Shown piece by piece: positions 62,443 through 64,000 of a DNA stretch of 64,000 nucleotides (the first letter of the stretch is position 1; the number at the start of each line of letters is the position of its first letter). This DNA is from Callorhinchus milii (taxonomy: Eukaryota): contig NW_024704742.1 in the NCBI RefSeq assembly GCF_018977255.1, forward strand, positions 131,876,001 through 131,940,000. Reading direction: 5' to 3'. Both the position numbers and the translations under genes were made by a program. The notes under the pieces were generated by a model. That model was not told where the DNA came from, searched no databases, and saw only the letters and a program-made list of their open reading frames with translations.

Positions 62443-62542
62443 CCATTTCCCCCCTGCTCGGGTCCTGACCCACTGTACAGCGCCTTGGGACGTCCTCCTG
62501 ACGTGAAAGGCGCTCTATAAATGGAATCTTGTTGTTGTTGTT
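61612..62542 (+). mobile_element. Young 5'-truncated L2 LINE inserted into a CR1, TSD GATAA
   Basis: GATAA at 61607-61611 and 62543-62547. Stem-loop at 62479-62514 followed by a (GTT)n tail. CR1 sequence resumes on both sides. Confidence 0.95.
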
Positions 62543-62667
62543 GATAACTCTTTTCAAAGAGTTGGCACAGACACGATGGGCCGAATGGCCTCCTTCTGTG
62601 CTGTATAATTCTATGATTCTATGATTCTATGAATAACCCCTCAAAAAAGATTGATCACTCACTTAGT

Positions 62668-62990
62668 GGAGTCCTGTAGCTCAGTGGTTAGAGCACTCGC
62701 TTTGCAAGGAGAGACCCAAGTTCAATTCCAGGCAGGGCGAAACCTTGGGCAAGTTTCCTTACTCCACACGCCTAATAATAATCCCTCCAAAACCAAAAAC
62801 AATAATAAATTGGTCATTTTCAATCCACGACTGTTTGTGGGACATTGCTGTGCGCAATTGGCTGCCGCGTTCGCCCACAAACATACAGTCAATTCACTTT
62901 ACAGTGTGTTCTTGAAGCGCTTTGGGACGTCCTCCCGACGTGAAAAGCGCTATATCAAATGCAAGGATTATTATTATTATTATTATTATT
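62668..62990 (+). mobile_element. tRNA-Ala SINE, short subfamily, followed by additional SINE 3' halves to ~63215
   Basis: Full head, body and (ATT)n tail. Second tail at 62993-63146. Confidence 0.93.
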
Positions 62991-63219
62991 TCTGGGACAC
63001 TGCTGTTTGCAATTGGCTGCCACGTTTCACCCACAATTATACAGTCAATTCACTTTACAGTATATTCTGTGAAGCGCTTTGAGACATCTAGAAGACGTGA
63101 AAAGTGCTATATCAAAACGTAAGCATTATTATTTATTATTATTATTGCTGTGCGCAATTAACTGCTGCATTTCGCCAGCAAAATACAAAGTCAATCCACT
63201 TTACTATATGTTCTTCAAA

Positions 63220-63475
63220 ACGTGGCAGCCAATTGGGCTCAGCAGTGTACCACAAACAGTCGTGGATTTAGTGATCAAAAATTTTTTGAGAGTGACTATT
63301 ATCTCTGGAAAGTGATCTGCCAATCAACTAACAATCGAGATCTTACTTACTGTTAGCTAAGCAGAGGAGTGTGGAGTAAGGATATTTGGCTAAGGTTTCT
63401 CCCCACCTAGGAATTGAACCGGGGTCCTCTTGCTTGTGAGGCGAGTGCACTAAACCCAACACTAGGGCACTCTAC
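63220..63475 (-). mobile_element. tRNA-derived SINE, long subfamily, 5' two-thirds
   Basis: GAAAGTGATCTGCCAATCAACTAAC segment and a degenerate head. Confidence 0.8.
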
Positions 63476-64000
63476 ATAAATACATTTATTTATGATAAAT
63501 ACTAGGCTTGAATCAATGTCAGTACAATAGGTAATGGACTGGGCTAAGCAAACGTCAGATTTCAGCAGATGGACCAGAAATGTAACATGGTTGGCCTCAA
63601 GAGAACATATTTCTGGAAATGCAAGTGTATGTCTCCCACAGGGCTTAACCATTTCATTCAAACAAACTCATATTTAGACTTGATAGGTTCTGAATGACAC
63701 TAACCTATATTTACGTTTATACTGCTACTTTCATCTTCTGCTCAGTCAATAAAATGCCACATCGTGTGATGTCTTCTGTGTAAAAATGCACATGCAGCGC
63801 AATTCACTGAGAATGTCAGCAATTGCTGGCATTCTTTTATAATTGATAGGAGATAAAAGCAACAATCAGGGTAAAACATCACAATACCCAGAATATATTA
63901 CCAAGAGAGATCCTCAGCCATATCATAACTGCTAGGGTTAAAATCACAATCCAGATTGTCGTTTATTAGGCTTTATTACTCTGAGGTCTTGTACTCAACA

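Larger units (their letters stand above)
60775..62632 (+). mobile_element. CR1-clade LINE 3' portion, split by the L2 insertion
   Basis: Degenerate WQMKFNVEKCKVIHFG near 60860-60907, VQFWAPH and RLRGDLIEAFK segments. 3' end GGGCCGAATGGCCTCCTTCTGTG followed by (ATTCTATG)x3 at ~62608-62631. Confidence 0.92.

Noticed and set aside
1..64000. CRISPR arrays, operons or viral genes
   Set aside because: This is eukaryotic repeat-rich DNA. No regularly spaced repeat-spacer array and no non-LINE protein motif was recognised.

Overview
Vertebrate, repeat-saturated non-coding DNA, either intergenic or a large intron. I could not recognise any host protein-coding exon. The repeats are a very abundant tRNA-Ala-headed SINE with (ATT)n tails, DeuSINE/SacSINE1-like elements, L2-clade LINEs with (GTT)n tails and CR1 LINEs with (ATTCTATG)n tails. 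This mix points to a cartilaginous fish, most likely a holocephalan such as Callorhinchus; that is an inference from recalled repeat families, not a search. Every ORF I can recognise is a LINE endonuclease or reverse-transcriptase remnant. Main items: (1) two apparently full-length, single-ORF, decayed L2 elements (16344-19806 and 34136-38790, both minus), the second with a ~782-bp internal tandem duplication and a short self-family tail insertion; (2) a young L2 3' fragment with an uninterrupted frame nested in a CR1; (3) a SINE lineage whose youngest subfamily carries the 3' stem-loop of the young L2s; (4) an interspersed ~600-nt family I cannot name, with 12 or more fragments, a fixed GGCTGACCAAAA terminus and strand-specific hairpins; (5) a Tigger-like MITE; (6) a pre-miRNA-like hairpin at 44979-45050; (7) a few candidate minus-strand microexons and TE-free, CNE-like islands. 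Boundaries of old repeats are approximate, to tens of bp.
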